A DNA stretch of 64,000 nucleotides from Camelus ferus (lineage: Eukaryota), in the NCBI RefSeq assembly GCF_009834535.1, contig NC_045697.1, positions 116,810,001-116,874,000 of the forward strand, read 5' to 3'. Shown here one piece after another: positions 1 to 14,051 of the stretch. Under the pieces are notes generated by a model. The model searched no databases and had not been told where the DNA came from. It saw nothing but the letters and a program-made list of their open reading frames with translations. Every line of letters starts with the position of its first letter. The stretch's first letter is position 1. The position numbers were made by a program, and so were the translations under genes.

Positions 1-1793
1 TTTATATATAGTGACTTTTAAATATGTTTTTTGAGGACTGCTTCAAGACAGCTACAGGACCTACAAGTCATAAAGATAAATGTTAGCTCTTGTTTTCCTC
101 TAGGATTTTAGCTTGTTTTTAAGAAAAATAATTTTAAGAATTCTGGGAGGATTTTGGTTTCTGTATTTAGTTGATAACTCCCTCAAACTCGCTGGCATGT
201 AAAGTATTTAAAACTTTCCTCTAAGTCAGCTGTCAAGAGGCAATTAGGCGTCTGCGCTGAACAATAAGAACCCCCCGGCACCACTTAAGTTTTGTGTGTA
301 GACAGATTTGTGAGGCTTTTTAACTCCAGAGAGGTCAACACAACTCACTCTGCTTCCAGATTTGCCTTCCCTCTGTTTTTAACATACACACTTGGCCAAA
401 CGTGAGCACTCACTCTGAAAACTACAAATTGAACTCCACTGGGATTTTATAGGACCCCCACTGCAAGTAATTGGAGAGCACTGCCTGTAACCACAGTGAG
501 TTGTCCCATCAGGAATATGGTGAGTCTCCCATCTGTTCTGAGTCTTTTATTTTCTGTAGTAGAGATTTTATTAAATCCAGCACATTTCTTGATAATTATT
601 TTCTTACATTTTTATAATTTGTGTAGGTATTAATAGCATTTATTTTCCTCTTTTTAATTGGTTATTGGTGGTATATTGGAAAGCTATTGATTTACTATTA
701 TTTATTTATACCTATAATTAAATACGCTATGGTCATTTACTTGTGATTTTCTAAGGTTTTAATATGTTACCCTGGATAATATCCAATTCTTAAATAGAAA
801 TCATTATCCTTTGTGAGGGAGATGAACTATTTGCAAGGAGATATACACTTTAGGCATGCTTTAGGCAACACTAACCAAAATAAATAAGAAACATGTGCAT
901 GAAAGTAACTTATGGATCTATAATGTTTTAAATTGTCTTGTACGTTTAAAAACACAAAAATTAAGATCATGAACCAAATATCTTCTAAACAAATTTCTTG
1001 TTCATTTAATCTGAGAATCTTACTTGTATTAACATACTAAGGCTTCATTTAGAGTGAATGAAATGATGTTTTAAATCTAAAATTGAATAATCATTTTAAG
1101 AATTATCCAGGGACAGGGATTCACTTTATGGTCCCAGAGATGAACAACATCAGATCTTAGAAATAGGAATTCTTTGTTCCTTATTGAGACAAAAAATATT
1201 GTCTATGATGCCTATAAATTAGAGGGTCTCTAATTTCTATTGTTTTTAGTAAAAACTATTACAAAATACTATTCACAAAGATTCCTCAACTGAAGACTTT
1301 TTCCCCAAAGGTAGAGGGGGAAAATTGTAAAATAATTGTTCATGAAAATGCACACACACACACATCCTAGAAGTATTTGATAAATGCAATTTTAAATCAC
1401 CACTGTTTACACTTGAGAGGGAAATGGTAGCAGTCCCCTGGTAGCATACTGTTTTCTTACAAAGTTGCTGGTTTGATATGGAGGACTTTGGGAGGCATGA
1501 AACCAACAAAAGAAATCGACTCCCAAATTCCATTTGCCTCAGGGATATTTTAATCTTTGGGATTAAAAAAAAATCTTTCATCTTGTTTATCTACTGTATT
1601 TCACACTAGATAAAATTTCCCTCTTTCATCTTTTATTGGATTATTTAATCAAAATCTATTAAGGGCAAATAAAAGCAACTAAAGCATTTTCCCATGGAGA
1701 TTGGCTGGAGTGGAGAGAAACATGTTAGAAATAATTCTCATTATCTCTAGTATTTTCTTTCCCAGTTAGAGAGGATAACATTTTGAACATCTG

Positions 1794-1910
1794 GAGGGGA
1801 GGGGATAGCTCAGTGGTAGAGTGCATGCCTGGCATGCATGAGGTCCTGGGTTCAATCCCCGGTACCTCCATTAAAAAAATAAATAAACCTAACTACCCAC
1901 CCCTCCAAAC
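1794..1910 (+). mobile_element. tRNA-derived SINE (camelid Vic-1 type)
   Basis: A-box tagctcagtgg, B-box ggttcaatccc and tail aataaacctaactaccc; TSD acattttgaacat at 1778-1790 and 1911-1923. Confidence 0.9.
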
Positions 1911-2082
1911 ACATTTTGAACATATGACCCATTAAATTCATTTATGTGTTTTTTGCCCTGGGCTTAGGAGTCACATGCGCTTTTCAGAAAATGACATAAA
2001 GTATTAAATAACATATGGTATTAAATACCCTTCTTAACTGGATCCACACTTGTTTTCCACATCTGCCCTTTCTTGTACATAC

Positions 2083-2136
2083 CTGTATTTCCTTAAACAT
2101 GAAGACACCCCACATTGCAGCTATCAATCCTGGACC
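2083..2136 (-). CDS. TMEM144: TMEM144 coding exon 10 (GPGLIAAMWGVFMFKEIQ); terminal exon lies outside the window
   Basis: 54 nt, acceptor tttttatttaag|, donor CAG|gtatgt, phase 0-0. No terminal-exon peptide was found in 1-2082. Confidence 0.94.
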
Positions 2137-3976
2137 CTTAAATAAAAACAAGAACTTCAGTTAAATTGTTAATATGTCTCACTGTACACTGCAAATACAG
2201 TAAATTGGAGAACTGACTTGACACTTCAATCAAATAAAATTTTTTGGTAAAAGCAATAGAACAATATTATCAGGAAAAAAACTATTCATAGTCTCAATCC
2301 TAACTCAACATTAAGTTAAACTACGTAGCACTAGGTGAAAAACGAAGACTTTTTTCCTTTTTTTCTTTATAGCTTTCATTTTTATTATTTTGTTGATGCT
2401 ATAATAGTTTGTGCCATAGAATATTTTCCTTCAGTGTGATTTATAAAAAGATATTTAAATAAGCACGAAGTTTATTTTTTTTAGTGAACTACTTCCTTAG
2501 GGTACTAGAAATGGGCTTAATAGGAAAAAGCACATGAATAAGTTTATAACTTCCTTTAGCATGAGATAATCTCATAACTGAAGAAATTTTAGTATATTCT
2601 TTTGGATCCGAAAAATAATGTGCATACGGGAGCAGCATGCTCTTTAGTTTTTTTTTTTTTTAATCTGAAATTTCTGCACAGGTAATCAACTACGTCTAAC
2701 GTTAAACTTTAATGAATACTAAAGGTGGCATCATGGAAAGATAGAAAAAACCATGTAAGGAAAAATAAACAATGGGTTAGTAAGCAGAACACGAAGACAG
2801 AAATGAAATAACATAGGAGAAAGAAAAGGAGAAGAAATGAGCTGGAAAAAAAAGATGATTCTGCAATTTGAAAACTTTAAACTATTAAAGTTTATTAATT
2901 TTTTATTTTTTAGCTGAGAAAGGAAAAAAAGTGGAATTTGGATTAATGGTGGTCTTTGTGGAGAAGGTGTGCTATCTCAGCATTTTTAGCATTCCTATGC
3001 AAGCCCTGCACAGACTCTGGAAGTTTCAGGTCAACAATTCCAACCTGTTTTTCCCCCTCCACCACTCCAACTGTCTACCTGACGGGGTCAACAAAGTTGG
3101 ACTCCGCTCCTGGCATGTGAGTGAAGCAATAAAAACACATTACTCTCTGTTTATCAGTATCTGGAAAAGTCAGAATCAAAAAAGACAGAGAAATAGGTCA
3201 AAGGAACTGTCTTTGACCAGTGACGTATGGTCCTAAGCCTCAAAATTCAAACCAAACAAGAAACATCTGAGCCCTTTAGAAATTCCATGCTGCCTTTGGA
3301 CAGGATGGGAGGAAACAACAGAAGCGGGGGTATAACGTTAATATTACCATGCCAACCACTCAAGAATTTATCCTCCTTAATCTGGAAATTCATTTCCCTT
3401 CAGAGTACATGGCAGAAGACAATACCAAGAGTTATTTTGACCTTTGATGCTTTTTGGCTGGTGACTTTCTAAACATTAGTTAGACATGGCCTAAGGGTTA
3501 CTGGGAGAAGCAACGTGGTTGCAGGAAGCAGTTTTTTTGCTAACAGTAACAGGAGGAGAAGTCAGAGTGCACGGTCGCTGAATTGGGCCGACGAGGGCCC
3601 AGCAGGAAGGACATCTTAAAGAGAGGGCACCGTTTTGGGATTGGGAACGTGTGCTTTTCTTCTGTAAATTAATACAAATCACACATTTATAAATCAGCCT
3701 TTGAAAAGAAGGTGAACTTGAACCATCTGGAGAAGCTGATTCAGCCATTCAACCCCTCAGGGAAGACTTGGAGCAGAGTAACCAGCCCTGTGTCCTTCCT
3801 GCTACATTGGTTTTTTTTCTTCCTTTTTTTTTTTTGCTTTTTAATTGATTATCTGTCAATAAAAAATACACATGCTGCTTTCAAGAAACTCCTGGTCTAA
3901 TCACTAATGGATACGAACAATGGAAATATATGTACCTGAGAACAGGGTGTTGCTGGGATTTGAAAACTGTACTGTT

Positions 3977-4877
3977 TTTCTTTTTTTTTCTCAATTTACC
4001 TTTTTAAAGGTGAACCATAGAGGATTTATAATGTGTTAATTTCTGGTGTACAATGTAGTGATTCATTTTTTCATACATATATATATTCCTTTTTGTATTC
4101 TTTTCCTTATAGGCTATTACAAGGTATTGAATATAGTTCCTTGTGCTCGACAGTAGGACATAGTTGTTTATCTGTTTTATATATAATAGTGTGTATCTGC
4201 AGTTCCTGAACTCCTAATTTATCCCTCCATGATCTCCTTCCCCCCGATAAACATGCTTGTTTTCAATGTCTGTGAGTTTGTCTCTGTCTTGTAAATAAGT
4301 TCATTTGTGTTATTTTTTTAGATTCTGCATATAAGTGATATCATACGGTATTATTCTTTCTCGGCCTGACTTACTTCTTAGTATGATCATCTCTAGGTCC
4401 ATCCATGTTGCTACAAATGGCATTATTTCTTTCTTTTTATGGCTGAGTAGTATTCCACTATATATATGTACCACATCTTCTTTGTCCATTGATCTGTTGA
4501 TGGACATTTAGGTTGCTTCCTTGTCTTGCCTATTGTAAATAGCGTTGCTATGAACACTGGGGTGCATGTACCTTTTCAAAGTAGAGTTCCCTCTGGATAT
4601 ATGCCCAGGAGGGAGATTGCTGGATCATATGGTAACTCTATTTTCAGTTTTTTGAGGAATCTCTGTACTGTTTTCCATAGTGGCTGCACCAAACTACATT
4701 CCCACCAGCAGTGTAGGAGGGTTCCCTTTTCTCCACACCCTCTCTAGCATTTATCGTGCATGGACTTTTGAATGATGGGCATTCTAACTGATGTGAGGTG
4801 ATACTTCATGGTAGTTTTGATTTGCGTTTCTCTGACAAATAGCAATATTGAGCATTTTTTCATGTGCCTATTGGCCA
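3977..4877 (-). mobile_element. 5'-truncated LINE-1 (ORF2 C-terminus + 3' UTR)
   Basis: T-rich tail on the left; peptide KKEIMPFVATWMDLE; degenerate TSD tgaaaactgtactgtt (3961) / tgaaaaatgtactctt (4878). Confidence 0.9.
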
Positions 4878-7250
4878 TGAAAAATGTACTCTTGATAAAA
4901 TAAGATGAACCATATTCATAATTGTTGAAGCAGGGTGTGGGTGTGTTTAAAATTTCCCATTAAAAAAAAATCTACCTCTACCAGGAAAATACAATAAGGA
5001 AGAAGGTAGGATTCTGGAAGGCAAGACTGAATCTTTTCTGCATGTGGAGAAGGCTGTCCATGAACCGAGTAAGGACGGTGAAACCAAGCCAGAACCCAGT
5101 AGCAATAAGGACCTAGTTCCTCATCTCCCAGAAATACCTGTTCTTCCCAGGAAACAATCCTCAGGCACCAGAAGAAGCTACACCTGGTGGGTGAGGGGAC
5201 TACTGATACCACAACGGTTGAGAAAACTCTTCTGGTGGCTCTAGGCTCCAAACGCCATAGTCACCACCCACGCTGGCCCTCTGTCCACACCCCACCATCC
5301 TCAGCAATTTATTTACACTGTTAGGCTTGTCCTAGGTCTTTGCCATAATTGAGTACAAGAGGCAGTAGCAGGAAAACCGTATCTCTGTCTACTATAAAAT
5401 TTTGTGAAGAATATTATTGATCATTGCCCCATGTCCCCTGTAGAAGGGCGCATAGGTTAAATTCTGCTAAGAACTTGGTGTTTAAAAAAAGTAAAAAACA
5501 AAGAAAAAAGAAAAAAGAATATAGTATTAGAAAATAACTGGTCTTTTCTGAGGAACTAATGTTACCAGTTAAATTTTAAAAAAGAATTAGTCATCCCATT
5601 GACTTACCCTCTTTTGCAAGCACAAAGCAAAACAATATTTCATCACATAACTATTTCCCTCTGTTAGCTTACTTTCTCATTTTTCTCATAGTTTGGATTT
5701 TCTATTTGTGTTTGTATTTCTGTTTGTCTTGCACAACTTAATTGTATCCGTGTATTAGTTACTTCAAACTCATTTTGAAGAATCTGCATTTGTTCAAGAC
5801 TGTAACTCAATTGAAAGACAGAATCACTGTCATGTAACAAGGTTTAAATTGGATGTGATTGATGACTTGATCTATTTTAATACGTGTCATTCCTCCTCAT
5901 GTAGTCGGATATCACTGTCAAGTAATATTTGCATCCTTAGTTGAAAAGCATGTCACACTGCATACTTTTCTCGACAGTTTTACTTTTAAGCATTTAACTG
6001 ATTACTGTCCCACCCCATTACCAATTATGTTTTCTGTGTTACATGGTCATTTCTAGCATTAAACACATTTGAAATAATGAGAAACACACCCATTTTTGGA
6101 AAGAATTTGAGTCTTGCCATTCCAATGATGAAGACTTAAACTTAAAAAATTCCTTATAACTCAAGTTTGATGACACGCTCTCTCAGTAGAGTTTAAGAAT
6201 GTCAAAATGTGAGTCCTTCAAATAAAAAAAAAAACCTAAACCCTTTATTTTTGAATTTAGTTGTACCTTAAAGCTAACTACTTTATGAGTGCAGCAGAAC
6301 TGTCAAAAACATACTGTTTGAAACTGAGAATTTATATCGAAATTTAAGGATGTCTCAGACTTTTCTGCAATTGTATTTTAGACTAGACAATGTGTTTTAA
6401 AAAAGTCAATTTTGGAGGCTTGCACAGGTGTGTTGCTAACATGTTGTAGGCAAATTTCATTTATGATGATGATTCAGGAAACAGGGGAGGCAGGTAAACA
6501 ACTTAACTGTCTAAGGAACTTGGAGTAGAAATAAGAACCCAACATTAAAATGATTAGTTCGGTGTGTATATGAATGACCTAGTTCCACAATGGACATGAA
6601 ACAACTTCTAAATGGGATTCTACACTGAAGGCAGAAAGTAGCCTGTGTACTGAGAAGCCCTGAGATCTCCATGAAGCTGTGTCGCTTGAGATAATGCTCT
6701 TGGTACGACCCCAGTCTTCTCATCTTCAGAATGGGGACCATCCCACCAATACTCGTCCTGCCACTGTCAACAGAAACATTTTTGTTTTTCTGTTACCCGA
6801 CTGTGCTACTGGTTGGCACCTAAAACACTGGATGCGGCAGGTTGTATCATGTCTGTCATGATGAACATTGTCCAGAGACAGAACTTTGCTTCAGAACCTT
6901 CGAAAGCCTTGGTTAAAATGCTGATGTACTGTAAGAAGAAGGGACAAAGTACTTTGTCTCTCAAGGTGGTCATGAGTTTCAGGTGCGATAATACACACAA
7001 AGCATTGTTGTATTTTATAAACTCATATAGAGATGGATATGGTTACAAAAGCAAATCGTACAGTATCCAAAATGAAATTAGGTAAATGACCAAACAAAAA
7101 CTACAAAGGTGAACAAACCTGCTCAAATGAGGTTAGCAGGACACCCTTGGTGGTCAAGGACATGAGATGAGAGGGTGTTTATCTACATAAACCTGTTATA
7201 TTACTCGTCTTCCTGGAAAATCAAACCCTGTGACAGTCTCCAGTGATTCA

Positions 7251-7475
<225 letters not shown>

Positions 7476-7590
7476 TCAGGGAGAGCAGGGACATCCCAGT
7501 GCACGTACCCGCACCTTCTTATCAACTGATGCCCAGCACGGGTTTCTGAACCAGGTCTTATGACCATTTTGGAAACCAAATGATTTCTCT

Positions 7591-7854
7591 CTTTTTAAAA
7601 AATTGAAATATAGTTGATACAATGTTGTGTTAGTTTCAGGTGTACAGCATAATAATTCAGTTACACATGTATATTCTTTTTCATATTCTTTTCATTATAG
7701 GTGATTACAAGCTACTGAATATAGTTCCCTGTGCTATACAGTAAGTCCTTGTTGTTTATCTCTTTCATGTACAGTAGTGTATATATGCAAATCCCCAACT
7801 CCTAATTTATCCCTCCGCCACACACTTTCCCCTCTGGTAACCATACGTTTGTTT
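7591..7854 (-). mobile_element. Short LINE-1 3' UTR insertion
   Basis: Homologous to the other L1 3' ends in the window; TSD tgatttctct at 7581-7590 and 7855-7864. Confidence 0.88.
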
Positions 7855-8703
7855 TGATTTCTCTTTTCTTGACTGCTGTGGGTATCATATAACCCTTCAC
7901 TTTATTGACATGAAATCAAGTTCCCAAATATTAGTTGAGGTAAAGACTGAGGTGGAGAGGGAACTAAGAAGATACTGGATCTGAATGTATCCTGCAAACA
8001 CCATTTACTCTAAACCACGAACATAAAAATATGTGAAATTCAGAATCACTCTAATGGGAAAAAAAAGAAAAAACTCCTAGAACCTGAATAAAAATACCAG
8101 CTAAAATTTTCAGGATACTTCAGCTAAACATTCAGTAAATATTCTACCATTTTCTAAAACGGTATCATGGTGTAGAGACCCACTTGGGCTTAAATCAGTC
8201 AGGCACTCAGACTGAATCTCTGACATATGCTTTATTTTGTTCTTTAAAAAATTTTACTTATACCCCTATATTCCATGTTGAATTATAGCAAACTGCTAAA
8301 TAAGTGAGTGAGTATAATTTCCTGTTATATATATATATATAATCATCAATGCTTAATGGACTAAATCCAAAAGCATGTGCATTTAATATACCTTTTTTAA
8401 ACACTAAAATACTTTCTCCTAACTTTTTGAAGAAAATCTTTGCTTTCCCAAGTGACTGCAGATTCCTATTTGTTGATACTTAAAAAAACAGTCACAGGAC
8501 TGTGACTTTTAATACGAACTCTGAGTGAAGAAGAAATAGTCTGCTGATCAATACACAAGCTGTTTTGGCATTGGAAACAATCTTGGATCCATTGTTCAAG
8601 TTCTGAGTTCTGTAATAATGACTTGGCATTTCAAGCCCAGTTTCACGGTTTTTAAATCCATCGTATTTGTTGGTGAACTAGACCAAAGCAACTGAGGGAA
8701 TGA

Positions 8704-8770
8704 ACACAGACAAAAACAGACGCGCACACAGACAAAAACAGACGCGCACACACAAACACACACACACACA
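8704..8770. repeat. 2x22-bp tandem repeat merging into (CA)n
   Basis: acacagacaaaaacagacgcgc at 8704-8725 and 8726-8747, followed by a CA run. Confidence 0.9.
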
Positions 8771-8783
8771 GGATGACGATTTA

Positions 8784-8981
<198 letters not shown>

Positions 8982-9192
8982 TTACAAAGCTCTCAAGCAT
9001 ATCACATTAGTCATTTCAAATATATTTAGAGTTCTAAGAATGAGACTAGCTCACCACAATTAACCTTACAGGTAAAGGAAGCGTTAATTCTACTTTATCA
9101 GCCTAGTGTTCTCCATGCTGTTTATATAGAATTTTAATGTATCTAAAATACTGAGACGTAAGTTAGTTCCTATAATCAAAATCTAAAAGGTT

Positions 9193-9232
9193 TGGTTATC
9201 TTGGAAAGCTAATGGTTATCTTGGAAAGCTAA
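9193..9232. repeat. Perfect 20-bp tandem duplication
   Basis: tggttatcttggaaagctaa x2. Confidence 0.95.
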
Positions 9233-9799
9233 ATAAGAAACAACAAACATTAGTATGACTTTCATATTTCCTTTTGTAAGAATAGGTATTCGGACCTAAT
9301 TTTACTGATTTTACTAATGGCTACAGCAATTGTAGCAAACCTCCAAGTAGACTGTAGTTAGGAGGGTAGCGTGTGAAAAACTGTGAAGGTGCTAATTTTA
9401 TACGGTCTATGGATCTGGAGACCAGCATCTGGGTTGTAGGTGGCAGCTACACGGAAGCATATTCAGGAAGTTATTCCAAAGAGGATTTTATTTAACTATT
9501 TACCGTAAACCTAATTACAGGGGGGAGTTAATAACACAGATGGTGCCCTGGTATCTGAGAAACCCCAGCCCCACTGACTATTTACGGCAGATGGCACTTT
9601 GGCCATACAGATGGGTGTACAAGGTTCTTGGCTGTGAAGGTCACACTGGGCTCAGTGTTTCTCTCAGTTAGATCTGGAGAAAGATGGGTGGCCATGTTTA
9701 GGGAGGAAAGTTTGGAAGACAGAGAGTCGGTCTATTCTCTAAACTCTTACATCCTACTTCTGAATCACATCAGAACAACACGTCCATCTTAAGACCATG

Positions 9800-10030
9800 G
9801 CAGGAGGCAGCATAACACGGCGATTAGAAACAGAGGAGCTGGTGGGACTCCTCAAGCCACTCCCTGTTAACCTGTAGACTTGGGTAAATTCCCTAATCTC
9901 TGTCTTAATTTTCTCAATTTTTTCCAAGATAATAATGGTACCCGACCAGGAAGTTTGCGATGAGGGTCAAGTAAGTCATTACTGTCATGTGCTTAGAACT
10001 GTGCCCAGAGCACACACTACTTCTGATTGT
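9800..10030 (+). mobile_element. MIR SINE remnant
   Basis: Core-like ttgggtaaatt...ataataatggtacc...gtgcttagaactgtgcc; boundaries approximate. Confidence 0.6.
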
Positions 10031-11049
10031 TAAATAAATGAAGTGAAAAATGAAATGCCTTGCCTCCTTGAATTATTTTGGAATAAACTGGAATAAAGTG
10101 CATTTCTATCAGACCACATTTGAGTTGTCATAAGAAAGACCCCCATGAGCGGATTGTACTATTTATACAAAGAGATTGTTGGGGACATTGCTTATTATGT
10201 CCTGGTACCAAGAACAATTGTGCTCCTGAACAATGAGCTGTTTTTATTTTGTGTTCGCTGAATTGTGGGGCTGGTCTGATTTCCCTTGTGACTCTAAGAA
10301 ATCTGTACTCATTGCTGACAAGTGTACAAGTGTGGTGTGGTTTTGAGACGCCTTCATGGCTGCATTTGATTTTTTTCCCTCATTTTTCCTTCTCTCACTT
10401 TATCTGATGTTCTTCTATTTTTATTCGTTTGCAATCCTTTCAAATGAAAAGAATAAAAATACAGAAAGCGTTTGTGCAGAATCCTAAGCACTGACACACG
10501 GGCATAAAGGCTTTGAGTCCCGTGTGTGTGGCTGACTGTAAAAGGGAGGCACAGACTATGGCATCTACCCAGTCTGTCCTCTCATCGCAGATCGAGTTCG
10601 AATCCCAGCTTCTCCACTGACCTTTCCCTCGAGACTTGCCCTCCAAGCCTCTCCCTTATCTGAACATCAGTGACTTCCATTTTCTGTCCCATCTGTGTAG
10701 GACTGCCTGATCCGCGAGCTCATTCTTTCATCACTTCACGGGTGTAAGCCACGTTTCTGTGTAGTTCCAGGACCCTGAACAGACACTCTTTCATTTCCTT
10801 CTGAGGCTGGGAAGGCTGTCACACACAGCGCGGAGGGGACGCTGAGAGAGGAATTCTCCTGCTCTTGCTGGAGACCGAGATAATCAGGGAGCATCACTTT
10901 GGGCCTTCAGTGCACACCTCCGTGCTTGATAAATAATATCCTCACTAAGTAGGCTAGACTTTGACCTTTCCTTGATTTTAAAATACCATGTGCTGCCCTT
11001 TAGCGTTTTTTTTTTTTTTAAAGAGGAAAATATATATTTTCCCAGAGAT

Positions 11050-11773
11050 CATCAAACAGAAAAATAATCTCCAAATCTTGCTGGAAAGCCAGAGACCGTG
11101 ATAAGATCTGAGCAGCTGAAAGAAATCCCGATGAGAATACAGCTGATCATATTTTTACGTTAAAGATCACAGGGAAATATTCAGATAGTCCTTTATTTCT
11201 TTCCGTCTTCAGCGACCTTCTAATTTCTCCCTTAGGATGAAAAAGTTGGATCAAATCTGATGAGTAAATAAAATAAATGTCTATTTTAAGGCAGGACAAG
11301 GACATTTAAACATGAACGTAGCCCTCTGGGTCTGTGTGGGCCTCCTCCCCACCTCTAATGTCCAGTGTGCACCTGTATCTGGTAGCCAGGCCTCCTCAAA
11401 GATGGGAGTGCCCACCTGACTGTGGAGACCGATTTATTTACTTTTCTTCTGACGCTAGCAACGTAACTTCTTACCAGAATAGCATCCTTCCCCAGCTCCG
11501 CGGGGGGTCATGGTGACCGGCTGCTGGCTTTGTATGTGCTCAGCTGGACTCTATATCTTTGGTGAACTTTATGTAAAATATCAGTATGTCACTTTGATGC
11601 ACGATCTTTTGTCTCAAAAATGTATGTGACTCTGCCTTCAATGGCTAACAGGTGGAACAGTCCTCAGCGCTTCCGAGAGTCTGTCTCCTAGGTTATTATA
11701 ATCCTCAGTTTGGCGCAAATAAAATTCCCTCTTTTTCTTCTTACCTTGGTTGTGAATTGAGCTTTTGCTGACA
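11050..11773 (+). mobile_element. ERV1-like solo LTR (intronic, antisense to TMEM144)
   Basis: AATAAA at 11718-11723 and a ...gctgaca terminus typical of ERV1 LTRs; 5' boundary uncertain. Confidence 0.6.
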
Positions 11774-11846
11774 AATCTAGGTACCAGTATCGACTACAGT
11801 CACATTCTTTCCATATTCTTAAGTAGAAGACCAGGTACTGAGTCTA

Positions 11847-12107
<261 letters not shown>

Positions 12108-13099
12108 CTAGGAGGCTGGTGAGTCCTGTTTTGAAATCAATTGCGCATCTATTTCAAGCATGGTGATGAGCTGAAGTCACAGGGGTGCCCTGCAGTGTCC
12201 GTCCAGGTGGCGTCAGCGCTAGGACGCAGCTCCAGCCCTCCACCGTCTAAGGGTGGAAGGACCTGATTTATAGACGATAATGGGTTATCATTGCAAACTG
12301 TCAATCCAAGGAGGAGAATACGGCCATCATATTATACAGGTGATGTAAATCAACCTGGATCTCTAATTAAATTACGAAGTACTTGTGGACTGACCCTGGG
12401 CCCTGCGCTCCTTTTTAAAACACCCTATAGTAATAACCCAGGGCTAGAACAGACCAAGTACTCAACACATGTTTGTTTAGAACAACCACTGAGATCCACA
12501 GACTCGTCTACGTCTTAGACGTGATCAACAGGGAGAGATGATTTCATAAAATGATTTGACTACTTCAGGCAAAGCATTACTTTTTTGTAAGAAGGAAGTG
12601 TTTTGCTTTAAGCATTTGAGTTGTGTTGACCCCTCAGACTTGGGTTACATCTGCATGAAGCCAGCATTTCCAATGATTCTGGGGGGAGGTGAGTCGTATT
12701 TGGGGACAGTCCCTTTTAGCTTGATACAAAGGACCATGGCATGAAACAGGAAAGACTTTTTAGGCAAAAACCATTCCTTTCCAAGCTTAAAGACACATTC
12801 TTAAAGTCTAGTTTAGTAGTGCTTTAAGGAACAGGAGACTGTAGGGTGTCACAGGGCCAGTGAGCCTGGTCACGCTGGAACCCCTGCGTCCCAGTGAAGC
12901 CTGGACCTCGTGGTCCTCACGGAGGGTCCCAAACACAGACCAGATTAATAGACTAGGCCCAGGTAATGAGACAGCTCAAAACATTCTTCTTAGCACATAT
13001 TCCCTCAGCGAAGGGGATGCTTGGTGAAAAAAACGTTTTGTTTGCAAGATCTTAATTCTAAAGCAAAAATAGCAACGTCTTTATTTCTTCCAAAGCTCG

Positions 13100-13235
13100 T
13101 GTGTTAGTTCATTGTTTCATTCATTCAATTTATTCAGCTATTTGTTGAGCATTTATTATGCACCCAGTGCTCTTTCCCACTGTAAGGTCAGTGTATATAC
13201 CAACGAAGAAGAGCTTTCTGTTCTTGAAGTGTCAC
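13100..13235 (-). mobile_element. L2 3' end remnant
   Basis: ttcattcattcaa...tttgttgagcatttattatgcacc, the L2 tail signature. Confidence 0.65.
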
Positions 13236-13239
13236 CCTG

Positions 13240-13437
13240 TAAAGGTGTAGCTCAGTGGTAGAGCACGTGCTTAGCATGCACAGGGTCATGGGTTCAATCC
13301 CCAGTACCTCCATTAAAGTAACTAAATAAATAAACCTAGTTACCCCCCCCCACAAAACCAAAAACAAACAAAACCCACAAACAAAATACGTAGTCAATAA
13401 ATAAATCAATCTAATTACCCCCAAAATAACAAAACAG
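13240..13437 (+). mobile_element. Vic-1-type SINE with duplicated tail
   Basis: tagctcagtggtagagc...ggttcaatcccc; the tail motif aaataaa(c)cta(g/a)ttacccc occurs twice. Confidence 0.88.
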
Positions 13438-13520
13438 CTGTCAATTGAAAAATGCAAGCTATATACTATTACAGACTCATATTTCTTGTATAAAACATAT
13501 AGCAATTTCATATATAAAAC

Positions 13521-14051
13521 TTTTTCCAGCTTTTTTTTGCTTTCTTTTTATTGACATATAGTCAGTTTACAATGTGTTAGTTTCTGGTGTACAAAATAGT
13601 GATTCAGTTGTACATATATATATATTTTTTCATATTCTTTCTCATTATAGGCCATTACAAGGTATTGAATATAGTTCCTTGTGCTATACAGTAGGGCCTT
13701 GCTGTTTATTTTACATACAGTAGTTAGTATCTGCAAATCCCCAGCTCCCAATTTATCCCTTCCCACCCTCTTTCCCCACTGGTAACCATAAGTTTGTTTT
13801 CTATCTTTGTGAGTCTGTTTCTATTTTGTAAATAAGCTCATTTGTAAATAAGAAGCTGTGGTGTATGTATACAATGGAATACTACTCTGCCATAAAAAGG
13901 AATGAAATAATGCCATTTGCAGCAACATGGATGGACCTGAAGATTATCATTCTAAGTGAAGGAAGTCAGACAGAGAAAGAAATATACCATGATATCACTC
14001 ACATGTGGAATCTAAAAAAATGACATAAGTGAACTTATTTTCAAAACAGAA
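13521..14051 (-). mobile_element. 5'-inverted (twin-primed) LINE-1
   Basis: Minus-strand 3' UTR to ~13845, then a plus-strand ORF2-end segment; TSD tcatatataaaac (13508-13520) / tcatacataaaac (14052-14064). Confidence 0.85.

Noticed and set aside
1799..1870. tRNA gene look-alikes (also 13245, 52790, 53000)
   Set aside because: They have SINE tails, a clear TSD in one case, and multiple diverged copies; they are tRNA-derived SINEs.
1..2082. TMEM144 terminal coding exon
   Set aside because: No acceptor followed by a final TM-helix peptide was found; presumed left of the window.
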